Source: Chloroflexota bacterium
GTDB lineage: Bacteria > Chloroflexota > Dehalococcoidia > SZUA-161
Length of the DNA stretch: 64,000 bases
NCBI GenBank assembly: GCA_021787935.1
Contig: JAJYLC010000001.1
Span: forward strand, 4,598-68,597
Direction: 5' to 3'
Shown here piece after piece: positions 36,829-46,658 of the stretch. Within the stretch, counting starts at the first letter, position 1; each line of letters starts with the position of its first letter. The notes under the pieces are model-generated. The model was given only the letters and a program-made list of their open reading frames with translations, was not told where the DNA came from and did no database searches. Both the position numbers and the translations under genes were made by a program.

Positions 36829-38088
36829 CTATCCCTCCTCGGCGGCGATGTCTTTCCTGTAATGACAGTTCTCAAAATTGATGTGTGGCAGGTTAAGATA
36901 AACCTTTTCCCGTGCTTCTGCAACAGACTTTCCAGTGGCGACCACAGTGAGCACTCTTCCCCCGGCAGTACATACCTTTCTCCCATCTGATTTGGTTCCG
37001 GCATGAAAAATAAGAATATCAGGGTCAACCTTATCCAAGCCAGTAATAGGAAATCCTTGTTTATAGCTGCCGGGATAACCTCCCGAGGCCATCACCACCC
37101 CGACACATGCTCCTTCGCTCCATTCAACCCTGGTTTGGGCCAGATTGCCATCTATCACCGCCATCATTATGTCTAGTAAATCAGTTTTCAGCAGAGGAAG
37201 CTGAACTTGAGTCTCTGGGTCACCAAAACGAGCGTTGAACTCCAGGACCTTCGGGCCATCCTTGGTCAGCATCAGCCCTGCGTAGAGCACCCCTTTATAG
37301 GATTTTCCCTCTTGAGCCATAGCCTTCACCACAGGCTCTATGATAGTTTTAATAGCCCTGTCCCTAGATTTCTTATCAAGGAACGTCGAAGGGCTATAGC
37401 AGCCCATGCCGCCTGTATTGGGACCCACGTCTCGGTCGAATGCCCTTTTATAGTCACGGGCAGTCACCAGAGGGACAACAGTTATGCCATCGGTGAAAGC
37501 TAAAAGGCTTGTCTCTCGTCCCACAAGGCATTCCTCAACCAGCACCTGATTGCCGGCATCGCCGAAAACACGCTTTTCCATAATATCGGAAAGCGCCATC
37601 AAAGCCTCGTCCACAGACTGGGCGACGATTGCCCCCTTACCTGCTGCCAGCCCGTCGGCCTTGATTACCATCGGGACAGGCTGCTTTTTGACACAAGCCT
37701 CCGCCTCTTGAAAAGAGGTGAAGACAGCATCTTTAGCGCAGGGTATGCCGTACTTATGCATCAGCTGTTTGGCGAAGACCTTGCTCGATTCGATAAGCGT
37801 GGCTTCCTTGGTGGGTCCGAAAGCCAGTATGCCCAGGCTCTGGAGTTTATCAACGAGCCCAGCAGCCAGAGGAGCCTCAGGTCCCACCACTACCAGGTCT
37901 ATCTTATTCTCCTTAGCTGCCCTTACTACAGCATCCAGGTTGGTCGGAGACATATCGAGGTTAACGGCGGTCCGGGCCGTGCCGGCATTGCCCGGGGCGA
38001 CAAATATTTGTTTAACTTTTTTACTAAGGGAGAGCTTCCAAACCAACGTATGCTCCCTGGCTCCCCCGCCTACGACCATTACCTTCAT
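36829..38088 (-). CDS. purD: phosphoribosylamine--glycine ligase
   Basis: 419 aa; MKVMVVGGGAREH… ATP-grasp PurD pattern. Confidence 0.9.
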   Translation of the reverse strand: MKVMVVGGGAREHTLVWKLSLSKKVKQIFVAPGNAGTARTAVNLDMSPTNLDAVVRAAKENKIDLVVVGPEAPLAAGLVDKLQSLGILAFGPTKEATLIESSKVFAKQLMHKYGIPCAKDAVFTSFQEAEACVKKQPVPMVIKADGLAAGKGAIVAQSVDEALMALSDIMEKRVFGDAGNQVLVEECLVGRETSLLAFTDGITVVPLVTARDYKRAFDRDVGPNTGGMGCYSPSTFLDKKSRDRAIKTIIEPVVKAMAQEGKSYKGVLYAGLMLTKDGPKVLEFNARFGDPETQVQLPLLKTDLLDIMMAVIDGNLAQTRVEWSEGACVGVVMASGGYPGSYKQGFPITGLDKVDPDILIFHAGTKSDGRKVCTAGGRVLTVVATGKSVAEAREKVYLNLPHINFENCHYRKDIAAEEG

Positions 38089-38194
38089 TAATTAATTGCC
38101 CCCACAGCAACCTCTCCATATATTTCTGACTAACTTCACGACCCACACCTTTTCCGTAGAATCAAACTAGTTTTGCCTTTCGTTGCAAGAGGGT

Positions 38195-39871
38195 TCACTC
38201 CCACTCTATGGTAGAGGGAGGTTTCGAAGAGATATCGTAGACCACGCGGTTTACTTCAGTCACCTCGTTGACTATGCGGTTGGAAATTCGTGCCAGCACA
38301 TCGTAAGGCAGGCGCGCCCAATCGGCAGTCATAGCGTCTTCAGAAGTCACTGCGCGTATCGCCACCATATAGCCGTAGGTTCTGGCATCTCCCATCACAC
38401 CCACGCTCCGCACCGGTGTTAGCACGGCGAAGCTCTGCCATAACTGGCGATACAGCTTAGCCTTCTTGATCTCATTCATCACAATCCAGTCTGCGGCTCG
38501 GAGTATCTCCAGCCTCTCTTTAGTGACATCACCGATGATGCGAATAGCAAGGCCGGGTCCCGGAAAAGGCTGGCGGTATACCATGTCCTCTGAAAGTCCC
38601 AATGCCAACCCCACCTCCCGCACCTCGTCCTTAAACAAATAGCGCAGGGGCTCGACCAGAGAGAGCTTCATCCTGCTGGGCAGCCCGCCGACATTGTGAT
38701 GGGTCTTTATCGTGGCCACCGCTTTGCTTCCGGAGGATGCGCTTTCGATCACGTCGGGATACAGAGTGCCCTGAGCCAAAAAATCGACTTGACCTATCTT
38801 GGCCGCTTCTTCCTCGAAGATCTTAACAAACTCCTCGCCGATAATGTGGCGCTTCTCTTCTGGGTCAATTACCCCCTTTAGGCGCTTCAGGAATCTTTCG
38901 CTGGCATCCACATACACCAGATTCATCTTCATATTCTTCTGGAAAGTATTAAGCGTGCGTTCCACCTCTTCCCTGCGCAGCAGGCCGGTATTAACGAAAA
39001 TACAGGTCAACTGGTCGCCTATAGCACGATGGATCAGCGTCGCCACCACCGAAGAGTCAACACCCCCCGAAAGAGCGCAGATAACGCGTCCCTTACCTAC
39101 CTGCTCCTTAATCCGCTCTATACTCTCGGTAACAAAACTTCCCGGAGTCCAATTCCCATTGCATCCACAAATCTTGTAAAGAAAGTTCTGCAGGATTGCT
39201 TTGCCTTGAGGGGTATGAGCTACCTCAGGGTGGAACTGCAAGCCGATAATCCCGTACTCATTGCCCATGGCAGCAATAGGAGAATTCTCCGTATAAGCCA
39301 GAGAGACAAAACCCGGGGGCATCTCCTCGATCCGGTCGCAGTGGCTCATCCATACCGGTATCTCAGGAGGAAGACCTGCGAATAAAGGGGTGGTCGTCGT
39401 GTTCTGGTGAAGAATGGCAAGTCCGTACTCACGTTTAATTCCGCGAGCCACTTTACCACCAAGCTGGTAGGCGATAAGCTGCATCCCGTAGCAGATGCCC
39501 AGCACGGGCAGGCGGCTTTCGTAGACATAGGCTGGAGCCTGGGGTGCTCCAGGCTCATAAACACTGCTGGGCCCACCGGAGAGAATGAATCCTTTGGGAC
39601 GTAGAGCAGCCACAGTATCCCAGGGAGCATCATGAGGCACAACCTCACAGTAGACCCGGCATTCTCGTACCCTGCGTGCAATGAGCCAGCTATATTGAGA
39701 GCCGAAGTCGATGACCGCCACTGCCTCCCGCTCCGTCCCCAGTTTCCCTTGAGGCTCAGCTTGTGGCTGTGCTCCTTTTCGTTCCTTGGCAATCTCCAGG
39801 TAAGCAGAGACTTCTACGTCACCACTGATAGCAACACGGTGACTCTCTTGCTTGTCTTTTTCCGTCGTCAA
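38195..39871 (-). CDS. guaA: GMP synthase (glutamine-hydrolysing)
   Basis: GATase domain (VIDFGSQYS…CYGMQL…), ATP-PPase SGGVDSSV motif, C-terminal …PPSTIEWE. The track start (TTG at 39871) gives a ~45-aa N-terminal extension; the true start is probably downstream. Confidence 0.85.
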   Translation of the reverse strand: MTTEKDKQESHRVAISGDVEVSAYLEIAKERKGAQPQAEPQGKLGTEREAVAVIDFGSQYSWLIARRVRECRVYCEVVPHDAPWDTVAALRPKGFILSGGPSSVYEPGAPQAPAYVYESRLPVLGICYGMQLIAYQLGGKVARGIKREYGLAILHQNTTTTPLFAGLPPEIPVWMSHCDRIEEMPPGFVSLAYTENSPIAAMGNEYGIIGLQFHPEVAHTPQGKAILQNFLYKICGCNGNWTPGSFVTESIERIKEQVGKGRVICALSGGVDSSVVATLIHRAIGDQLTCIFVNTGLLRREEVERTLNTFQKNMKMNLVYVDASERFLKRLKGVIDPEEKRHIIGEEFVKIFEEEAAKIGQVDFLAQGTLYPDVIESASSGSKAVATIKTHHNVGGLPSRMKLSLVEPLRYLFKDEVREVGLALGLSEDMVYRQPFPGPGLAIRIIGDVTKERLEILRAADWIVMNEIKKAKLYRQLWQSFAVLTPVRSVGVMGDARTYGYMVAIRAVTSEDAMTADWARLPYDVLARISNRIVNEVTEVNRVVYDISSKPPSTIEWE

Positions 39872-40173
39872 GACCCGCCTCCTGCCACCGACCTAAGCTT
39901 ACCAAATGGTATCCGTGTAGTTTTAGCTTCAAAAATTTGGTAAATAGGTCGAGACAATGAATTACACAATTTTACACAAACCCCAGACGGTAGTCAATTT
40001 GAGAGAAGTTCAATCCAAAAGATAGCAACTAGGAGTAAGTAGTAAAGGACAATATGAAGCACTACATGAGAGAAGAGCAGTTGAACTATTTTCCAGTTTT
40101 ACCGAAATTCCCCGCAGGATTAGTTAAATAAGTTAACTGCCCACTGTTCAAACGGCATTAAAACTTCTTATTT

Positions 40174-40698
40174 TCATTGATATGGCAAAGTTGTTTTGGT
40201 AATTCGCCGATTATGAACGTTTACTCCGGTATCATTTTTAGCGTGTTTGCTCTTTCTGTATATTCTACTAAGAAAGTCCGGCTTCGCACACTGGATTCCC
40301 ATTTTGCTTGCTGATTCTATTAAATCTGTTTTTGGTCTTTTCTCCAACTTTGACATGGTCTCTGCCATCAGGAATACAAATTCGCCTCCGTGCCAGCATC
40401 GTGATAATCCATAATACATAAATAAAATTGCATGTATTGACTCATGGCAACATATCCACAGATTATTCTGTCCTTTGTTGATCGATATCTTATTTGCTCC
40501 AAAATCGAACCCAGGATATAGGTATCCATTATTTGAGAAAGCTATTTCCGGTGTTAAATCTTCCGGCATTTTATAGAGTTCACATATTTTCTTTATTGTC
40601 CTTTCACATTCAGCTTCGGTAAGGACTTTAGATTTTAGGAAATTTTTTCTCTCCCATCTGTAAACTTTAGACCTTTGAAAATCCCTTAACTCTCTCAT
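40174..40698 (-). CDS. hypothetical protein with HExxH zinc-metallopeptidase-like motif (AT-rich islet)
   Basis: 174 aa; CCHESIHAILF contains HExxH. Local GC is clearly lower than the flanks. Confidence 0.4.
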   Translation of the reverse strand: MRELRDFQRSKVYRWERKNFLKSKVLTEAECERTIKKICELYKMPEDLTPEIAFSNNGYLYPGFDFGANKISINKGQNNLWICCHESIHAILFMYYGLSRCWHGGEFVFLMAETMSKLEKRPKTDLIESASKMGIQCAKPDFLSRIYRKSKHAKNDTGVNVHNRRITKTTLPYQ

Positions 40699-40987
40699 TA
40701 TGTTTTCACCCCGTTCAAATAAAAATCAATTAACTGACCGCACAACCGGTTTCTGCTCTTTCCGGAATCTCAGTAGTTCCGTTAACCCCCTTATTTTACC
40801 ACAGGCTGGTAGAGAGGCAAGTGAGATTTTATCTCGGATTAGGTTCGATTTTATGTAATTTTAATACGATATTCGTAGTTGATTAGCTGACAAGATATCA
40901 TAACTATTAAGCAATTGTTGACCTTCCTGATACACGATGATAGAATTCTCACAGCCAGGGTTGTAACCTACTATATGACGGAGTCCG

Positions 40988-41404
40988 ATGGATTATAGAC
41001 AAATGACCTCCCCCTGTGGACTAGATTGTTTCAACTGTCCGATGTATCTGGCAAGCAGGGACGAAAAACTTAAAAAAACAATTTCCCAGAAAAGAGATAT
41101 CCCTCTTGAAAAGGCGATGTGTCGCGGATGTCGCAATGAGAAAGGTACCATAACTGCCTTCGACATGTCTGAACCCTGTAAGGTCTATAAATGCATCGAG
41201 AGTAAAGGAATCGATTTCTGCTATGAGTGCTGTGACTTCCCGTGCGACTACCTTCATCCGTACGCCGACAAAGCTTCGGAGGTGGCGCACAATACAAAGG
41301 TCTTCAACTTGTGCCTCATAAAAAAGATGGGGCTGGCATCCTGGGCAAAAACCAAGGCCGAAAGCGTAGGTGATAAATATTTTAAAGGTAAACTCGAACT
41401 TTAA
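40988..41404 (+). CDS. DUF3795-like cysteine-rich protein
   Basis: 138 aa; N-terminal CGLDCFNCP plus further Cys clusters (CRGCRN, CYECCDFPCD) typical of DUF3795. Confidence 0.5.
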   Translation: MDYRQMTSPCGLDCFNCPMYLASRDEKLKKTISQKRDIPLEKAMCRGCRNEKGTITAFDMSEPCKVYKCIESKGIDFCYECCDFPCDYLHPYADKASEVAHNTKVFNLCLIKKMGLASWAKTKAESVGDKYFKGKLEL

Positions 41405-41508
41405 AGTGAACTGGCTTCAATCGTTAAGCAGAAATGAGCCAGCGCAGGCCGAGAGGACGTAAGGATACCAAAGTGGTATACTGAAGTCAAGTGGATAGCC
41501 GAGTATGC

Positions 41509-41539
41509 GGGTAGCCTGGAGCTGTGCTCCAGGCTACCC
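41509..41539. other. perfect 13-bp stem / 5-nt loop hairpin
   Basis: GGGTAGCCTGGAG-CTGTG-CTCCAGGCTACCC, 29 nt upstream of the tsaC ATG; no U-tract follows. Confidence 0.5.
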
Positions 41540-41567
41540 AGAATCCGTCTGCTCTGGGTTAATCCAA

Positions 41568-42200
41568 ATGCCAGAACAAGCTACCATCGAAAAACAAATC
41601 AAACTCGCTGTAGCTATCCTCAAAAAAGGCGGAATTGTGGCCTTCCCTACCGATACCGTTTACGGCCTCGGGGCAGATCCCCTTAATGCACGGGCAGTAG
41701 ATAGAATCTATGACGTGAAAAAACGCCCCCGCAACCTACCGCTCCCTCTCCTGCTAGCTGAGAAATCTGATCTCCCGAAAGTTGCCGACGTTGTGCCCGA
41801 GGTAGCATGGCGATTGGCTGAGCGATTCTTCCCGGGCGGTCTCACGTTGGTCTTGAGGAAAAGCTCCTGGGTGCCCGATACCGTGACTGCTGGCGGCGAT
41901 ACCGTTGCGGTGCGAATTCCCGATCACCCTATACCCATTGCGCTTATTCGAGGGCTGGGCACCCCCATAGTTGGGACCAGCGCCAATCTCTCGGGCAAGC
42001 CCAGCCAGGTCACCTCCGAGGAAGTTCGCCATCAGTTGGGCGATGCGGCAGACCTCATCATCAATGGCGGCAGGCGTCCCGGCGGTACCGAGTCCACCGT
42101 ATTGGACGTCAGCGGCAAAGTGCCCGTCCTAGTCAGGGAAGGTGCAATACCCAGGGCAGAGTTGAAGAAGGTTTGCAGCTCCATTCTGGTAAATATGTAA
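41568..42200 (+). CDS. tsaC: L-threonylcarbamoyladenylate synthase (TsaC/YrdC/Sua5 family)
   Basis: Track ORF 41505 includes the hairpin. ATG at 41568 gives MPEQATIEKQIKLAVAILKKGGIVAFPTDTVYGLGADP, the YrdC signature. Confidence 0.75.
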   Translation: MPEQATIEKQIKLAVAILKKGGIVAFPTDTVYGLGADPLNARAVDRIYDVKKRPRNLPLPLLLAEKSDLPKVADVVPEVAWRLAERFFPGGLTLVLRKSSWVPDTVTAGGDTVAVRIPDHPIPIALIRGLGTPIVGTSANLSGKPSQVTSEEVRHQLGDAADLIINGGRRPGGTESTVLDVSGKVPVLVREGAIPRAELKKVCSSILVNM

Positions 42201-42296
42201 TTCAAGGTCTTCACTAATCTTCATGGCGTCGTTTGCAGCAGATTGTGATATAATATCTATATTTCCTCCGGGTTACCGAAACTAGAGAACAAAAGA

Positions 42297-42734
42297 ATGC
42301 GCATTGCAATTGGCTCTGACCACGCTGGGTTCGCCATGAAACAGGCGATAGTTGGTTTGCTTTCCGAGTTGGGACACAGCTATGAGGACTTCGGCTGCTT
42401 TAACAGCAACTCCGTAGATTACCCAGACATCGCGCGGCCTCTGGCAGAGGCGGTATCACAGAATAAATTCGATCATGGCATTCTAATTTGCAGCACGGGC
42501 ATCGGCATGTCAATCGTCGCCAATAAAGTACCCGGGACCAGGGCTGCGGTATGTCATGACACATTCAGCGCCCGACGCGCTCGGGAGCATAACAATGCCA
42601 ATGTGCTGTGCCTCGGCGAATGGGTAATAGGTCAGGGGCTGATGCGCGACATCGTTAGTACCTACCTCAGCGCCGACTTTGCAGGCGGCAGACACGCTCG
42701 GCGTGTGGAAAAGATACAAGCTATGGAGCATTAA
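42297..42734 (+). CDS. rpiB: ribose-5-phosphate isomerase B
   Basis: 145 aa; MRIAIGSDHAGFAMKQAIV… LacAB_rpiB family. Confidence 0.85.
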   Translation: MRIAIGSDHAGFAMKQAIVGLLSELGHSYEDFGCFNSNSVDYPDIARPLAEAVSQNKFDHGILICSTGIGMSIVANKVPGTRAAVCHDTFSARRAREHNNANVLCLGEWVIGQGLMRDIVSTYLSADFAGGRHARRVEKIQAMEH

Positions 42735-42780
42735 TACATACATCGTCCTATCGGAAGGCTTATGACCTGGAGCAGATACT

Positions 42781-44667
42781 GTGGCGAAAATACTAGACAA
42801 TATAAAAAGCCCTGCTGATCTAAAGGGACTCACATACCCTGAACTCAGTGAGCTTGCCAATGAGATCAGAAGCGAACTGGTTAAAGTTGTGAGCAACAAC
42901 GGCGGGCATTTGGCCTCCAGCCTGGGAGCAGTCGAACTCTCCATCGCCCTGCACAGGGTATTCAACACTCCTGTTGACAAAATTATATGGGATGTGGGGC
43001 ATCAGAGCTATGCACACAAACTGCTGACCGGACGGAGGGAAAGATTCGATACGCTCCGCCAGTATCATGGCCTATCTGGATTCCCGGACCGTTCCGAGAG
43101 CCCACACGATGCTTTCAGCACAGGACATGCCTCTACCTCAATCTCTGCAGCTTTAGGCATGGCCGCGGGTCGGGACTTAGCGGGTGAAAATTTTCACGTC
43201 GTCGCTGTCATAGGCGATGGTTCTCTGACCGGAGGTATGGCTTTAGAGGCCCTGAACCACGCCGGACACCTGGGCAAAAGGATGATAGTCGTCCTCAATG
43301 ACAATGCCATGGCTATCTCGCCCAGTGTGGGCGCGCTATCACAGTCGCTGAATAAGATTACGCTCGACCCGAGATACTATCTGGCCAAAGAAGGGGCCGA
43401 GCGTGTGATACCGATGCTGCCCGGAGGTAAAACAGTCTGGTCCGGAATGAAAAAGTTCAAGACGGGTATCAAAGGCGTGGTTCTGCCTACTATGCTCTGG
43501 GACTCTCTCGGATTCAAATATATCGGTCCCATTGATGGACATAACATAGCCGAACTTGAGACAGCACTGACAAAGGCTCGCGATTATACTCCAGGGCCCG
43601 TTTTTGTTCACACCATCACCACAAAAGGAAAAGGCTATGAGCCTGCTGAGGAAGATAGCATAAAGTTCCACGGAATATCGGGAAAGAATAGCGGAAGCAA
43701 TGGTATTCCATCATACAGCGAGGTCTTCGGCAAGACCATGCTGCGCCTTTTCCAGGAAAATGAGAGGTTGATAGCGATCAGCGCAGCCATGACCGAAGGG
43801 ACAGGATTGAGCCTGGTAGCCCAAAAGTTCCCCAAACGAGTCTTCGATGTCGGTATCTGTGAGCAACATGCCGTAACCTTCGCCGCCGGTCTTGCCACTC
43901 AGGGCTATATACCTGTTGTCGCTATCTATTCCACCTTCTTGCAGCGCGCATTCGACCAGATTATCCACGATGTTTGTATCCAGAATTTGCCAGTTATTTT
44001 TGCTCTCGATAGGGCTGGCATCGTTGGTGAGGACGGCAAGACTCACCAGGGCACTCTCGATCTTTCATACCTGAGTTGCATTCCCAATCTGATAGTTAGT
44101 GCGCCCAGCGATGAAAACGAACTCGGGCACATGCTCTATACCGCAGTAAGACATGGAGGCCCTATAGCCATTCGTTATCCCCGGGGCACAGGCAGAGGGG
44201 TGTCTCTCGACGAAAAGCTCAAAGAGCTACCCATAGGTAAAGGGAACGTTATCAAGAAGGGAGGCGATTTAGCTGTCATAGCCATAGGTTCTGCTGTGGG
44301 TCCCTCCCTTGAGGCAGCCTGGATCCTCAATAAAAAGGGCATAGATTGCACCATAGTGAACGCCCGTTTTGTCAAGCCCCTCGATTCCGACCTTATCTTA
44401 GAAACTGTGAGCACGAATAAGAGACTGGTTACTATAGAAGAAAATGCTCTTGCCGGCGGCTTCGGCAGCGCAGTGTTGAGCCTTCTCTCCAGTATCGCTG
44501 GCGTTCGTGCCTTACGCATTGGGATTCCCGACGAGTTCGTAGAGCATGGCCCCCAAGAACTCCTCCGTGCCAATTACAGCCTTGATGCCGAGGGCATAGC
44601 GCAGCGTATCCTCTCCTTCTTCCCTGAGCTTGCCCACAATCATTTCCATTCTAGGGCTAAGGGGTAA
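42781..44667 (+). CDS. dxs: 1-deoxy-D-xylulose-5-phosphate synthase
   Basis: 628 aa; typical DXS N-terminus (ILDNIKSPADLKGLTYPELSELANEIR) and TPP-binding GDG…N motif. Confidence 0.9.
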   Translation: MAKILDNIKSPADLKGLTYPELSELANEIRSELVKVVSNNGGHLASSLGAVELSIALHRVFNTPVDKIIWDVGHQSYAHKLLTGRRERFDTLRQYHGLSGFPDRSESPHDAFSTGHASTSISAALGMAAGRDLAGENFHVVAVIGDGSLTGGMALEALNHAGHLGKRMIVVLNDNAMAISPSVGALSQSLNKITLDPRYYLAKEGAERVIPMLPGGKTVWSGMKKFKTGIKGVVLPTMLWDSLGFKYIGPIDGHNIAELETALTKARDYTPGPVFVHTITTKGKGYEPAEEDSIKFHGISGKNSGSNGIPSYSEVFGKTMLRLFQENERLIAISAAMTEGTGLSLVAQKFPKRVFDVGICEQHAVTFAAGLATQGYIPVVAIYSTFLQRAFDQIIHDVCIQNLPVIFALDRAGIVGEDGKTHQGTLDLSYLSCIPNLIVSAPSDENELGHMLYTAVRHGGPIAIRYPRGTGRGVSLDEKLKELPIGKGNVIKKGGDLAVIAIGSAVGPSLEAAWILNKKGIDCTIVNARFVKPLDSDLILETVSTNKRLVTIEENALAGGFGSAVLSLLSSIAGVRALRIGIPDEFVEHGPQELLRANYSLDAEGIAQRILSFFPELAHNHFHSRAKG

Positions 44668-44742
44668 GCGAAACGTCTCTGTTACCTACTCAGCGGCATA
44701 TCTGGCACCTGGCAAGCCTAATCTTTATGACCGAGATGAGAA

Positions 44743-45771
44743 ATGGCCGATCTTGACACTATTTGGCGGCGATACAGGTCAGAATTAGAGGCAGAGTTAA
44801 GATTCGCTGTGGGTGAAGCTTCATTACCCATGTATGATATGATGCGCTACCACCTGGGGTGGATAGACGAACGAGGTAATCCTCAATCGGCATCAATTGG
44901 CAAAAGGCTTCGTCCCATTCTCTGCCTGCTCGCCTGCCAGGCAGTGGGAGGTGAGTGGCGGGAGGCACTCCCTGCAGCAGCAGCCGTGGAACTGGTTCAT
45001 AATTTCTCCCTGATCCATGATGACATCCAGGACAAAAGCTCGTCGCGGCGAGGGCGGGCTACCGTGTGGCACATCTGGGGACAGCCTCAAGCGATAAATG
45101 TTGGCGATGGCATGCACGCCCTGGCGCTATCGTCATTACTGAGGCTCGAGGATGTTGGCGTACCGCACCAAAAGGTAGTGCGCGCCGCCCGAATTCTAGG
45201 TGAGGCTAGCCTCAAACTTTGCGAAGGACAATATCTTGACATCAGCTACGAAAACCGCCTCGACATCGGTATCAATGACTACTTGGAAGTTATCGGCTGC
45301 AAGACTGCAGCCCTGTTCCGTTGCTCCCTGGAGATTGGGGCACTTCTCGGCACAGACGACGAGTCTTTGCTCGCGCGTTTGAAACTGTTTGGCCATAATC
45401 TGGGAATGACTTTTCAGGTGCATGATGACGTCCTCAGCCTTTGGGGCGACGAAAAGACCACCGGCAAATCCAATACTTCCGATATCCTGATGAAGAAAAA
45501 AACATTGCCCATCGTCTATGCGCTTGAGAAAACGAAGGGTGAGGACAGGGAACTGTTACGGTCAATCTATCAAAAAAAGGTGATTGAACCAGCTGACATA
45601 GAAAATGTCCTGCACATACTTAACAGACTGGACGCACAGGGATATGTTCAAGGGATGAGCGACAAACACTATCGCCAGGCGATATCCGAATTGAACGCTG
45701 TAAATATACCAGAATCAGCCAAAGAAGAGCTCAGAGCAATTGCAGCCTTCCTCCTGAAACGCCAGTACTAG
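44743..45771 (+). CDS. polyprenyl diphosphate synthase (trans-isoprenyl diphosphate synthase family)
   Basis: First DDxxD-type motif LIHDDIQD and second FQVHDDVLS. Confidence 0.8.
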   Translation: MADLDTIWRRYRSELEAELRFAVGEASLPMYDMMRYHLGWIDERGNPQSASIGKRLRPILCLLACQAVGGEWREALPAAAAVELVHNFSLIHDDIQDKSSSRRGRATVWHIWGQPQAINVGDGMHALALSSLLRLEDVGVPHQKVVRAARILGEASLKLCEGQYLDISYENRLDIGINDYLEVIGCKTAALFRCSLEIGALLGTDDESLLARLKLFGHNLGMTFQVHDDVLSLWGDEKTTGKSNTSDILMKKKTLPIVYALEKTKGEDRELLRSIYQKKVIEPADIENVLHILNRLDAQGYVQGMSDKHYRQAISELNAVNIPESAKEELRAIAAFLLKRQY

Positions 45772-45874
45772 CAGCCGAAATACTTGAAACTCTCCCCCTA
45801 GACCGTAGCACTTTTGACTGAGCCATTGTATAATCAGAAAGTCACACAGGATTGTAAACCAGAAGGAGTCAGAA

Positions 45875-46654
45875 ATGTTGAAACTGGCGATCACAGGGAA
45901 AGGCGGGGTAGGCAAAACTACCCTGGCAAGCCTGCTGTCTCGCCTTTATGCTGCCGAAGGCAATACTGTGCTGGCTATAGACGCCAATCCAGATGCCAAC
46001 CTGGGGACAGCCCTAGGTATCTCCTCAGAGGAACTCAGTCGTATCACTCCCATTGCAGAAATGAAGGAATTGATAGAGGAGCGCACGGGAGGCAAGCCTG
46101 GCACCACGGGTGGTATCTTCAAACTCAACCCCAAAGTGGATGATATCCCTGACCGCTTCTCTATAAAGAAAGATGGATTGAGACTGCTCGTTATGGGTAC
46201 AGTGAAGAAGGGCGGAAGCGGCTGCATGTGCCCTGAGAGCGCTCTGCTCAGAAACTTGCTGAATCACCTCGTTCTCCGGAAGTCCGAGATCGTGATTATG
46301 GACATGGATGCTGGCATCGAGCACCTGGGGCGAGCCACAGCTACTGCCGTGAACGCCTTCATAGTGGTGGTGGAGCCAGGTCAGAGAAGTGTGGAAACGG
46401 CGAGGGCTGTAAAGAGGCTGGCCCAGGATATAGGCATAAAGAAATGCTATGTCGTGGGCAATAAGATTGCCAGCGATGCTGACCGCCAGTTCATTACGGA
46501 GAACCTACCCGATTTCGAGCTTCTTGGTTACATTAGCTTCAATCCCAAGATCGCCGAGGCTGACCGCAAGGGCATCAGCCCCTATGACAATGACAACAAA
46601 GTAATATCCGAGGTAAAATCGATTAAAGAACGGCTGGAAGCTATCTCGAGGTGA
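45875..46654 (+). CDS. CooC/AcsF-family P-loop ATPase (putative Ni-insertion accessory protein)
   Basis: 259 aa; deviant Walker A GKGGVGKTT and the CooC-characteristic CxC metal motif (GSGCMCPES). Confidence 0.55.
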   Translation: MLKLAITGKGGVGKTTLASLLSRLYAAEGNTVLAIDANPDANLGTALGISSEELSRITPIAEMKELIEERTGGKPGTTGGIFKLNPKVDDIPDRFSIKKDGLRLLVMGTVKKGGSGCMCPESALLRNLLNHLVLRKSEIVIMDMDAGIEHLGRATATAVNAFIVVVEPGQRSVETARAVKRLAQDIGIKKCYVVGNKIASDADRQFITENLPDFELLGYISFNPKIAEADRKGISPYDNDNKVISEVKSIKERLEAISR

Positions 46655-46658
46655 TAGT

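Noticed and set aside
41505-41567. N-terminal extension of the tsaC ORF starting at 41505
   Set aside because: The extension is composed of the perfect 13-bp hairpin. The ATG at 41568 gives the canonical YrdC N-terminus.
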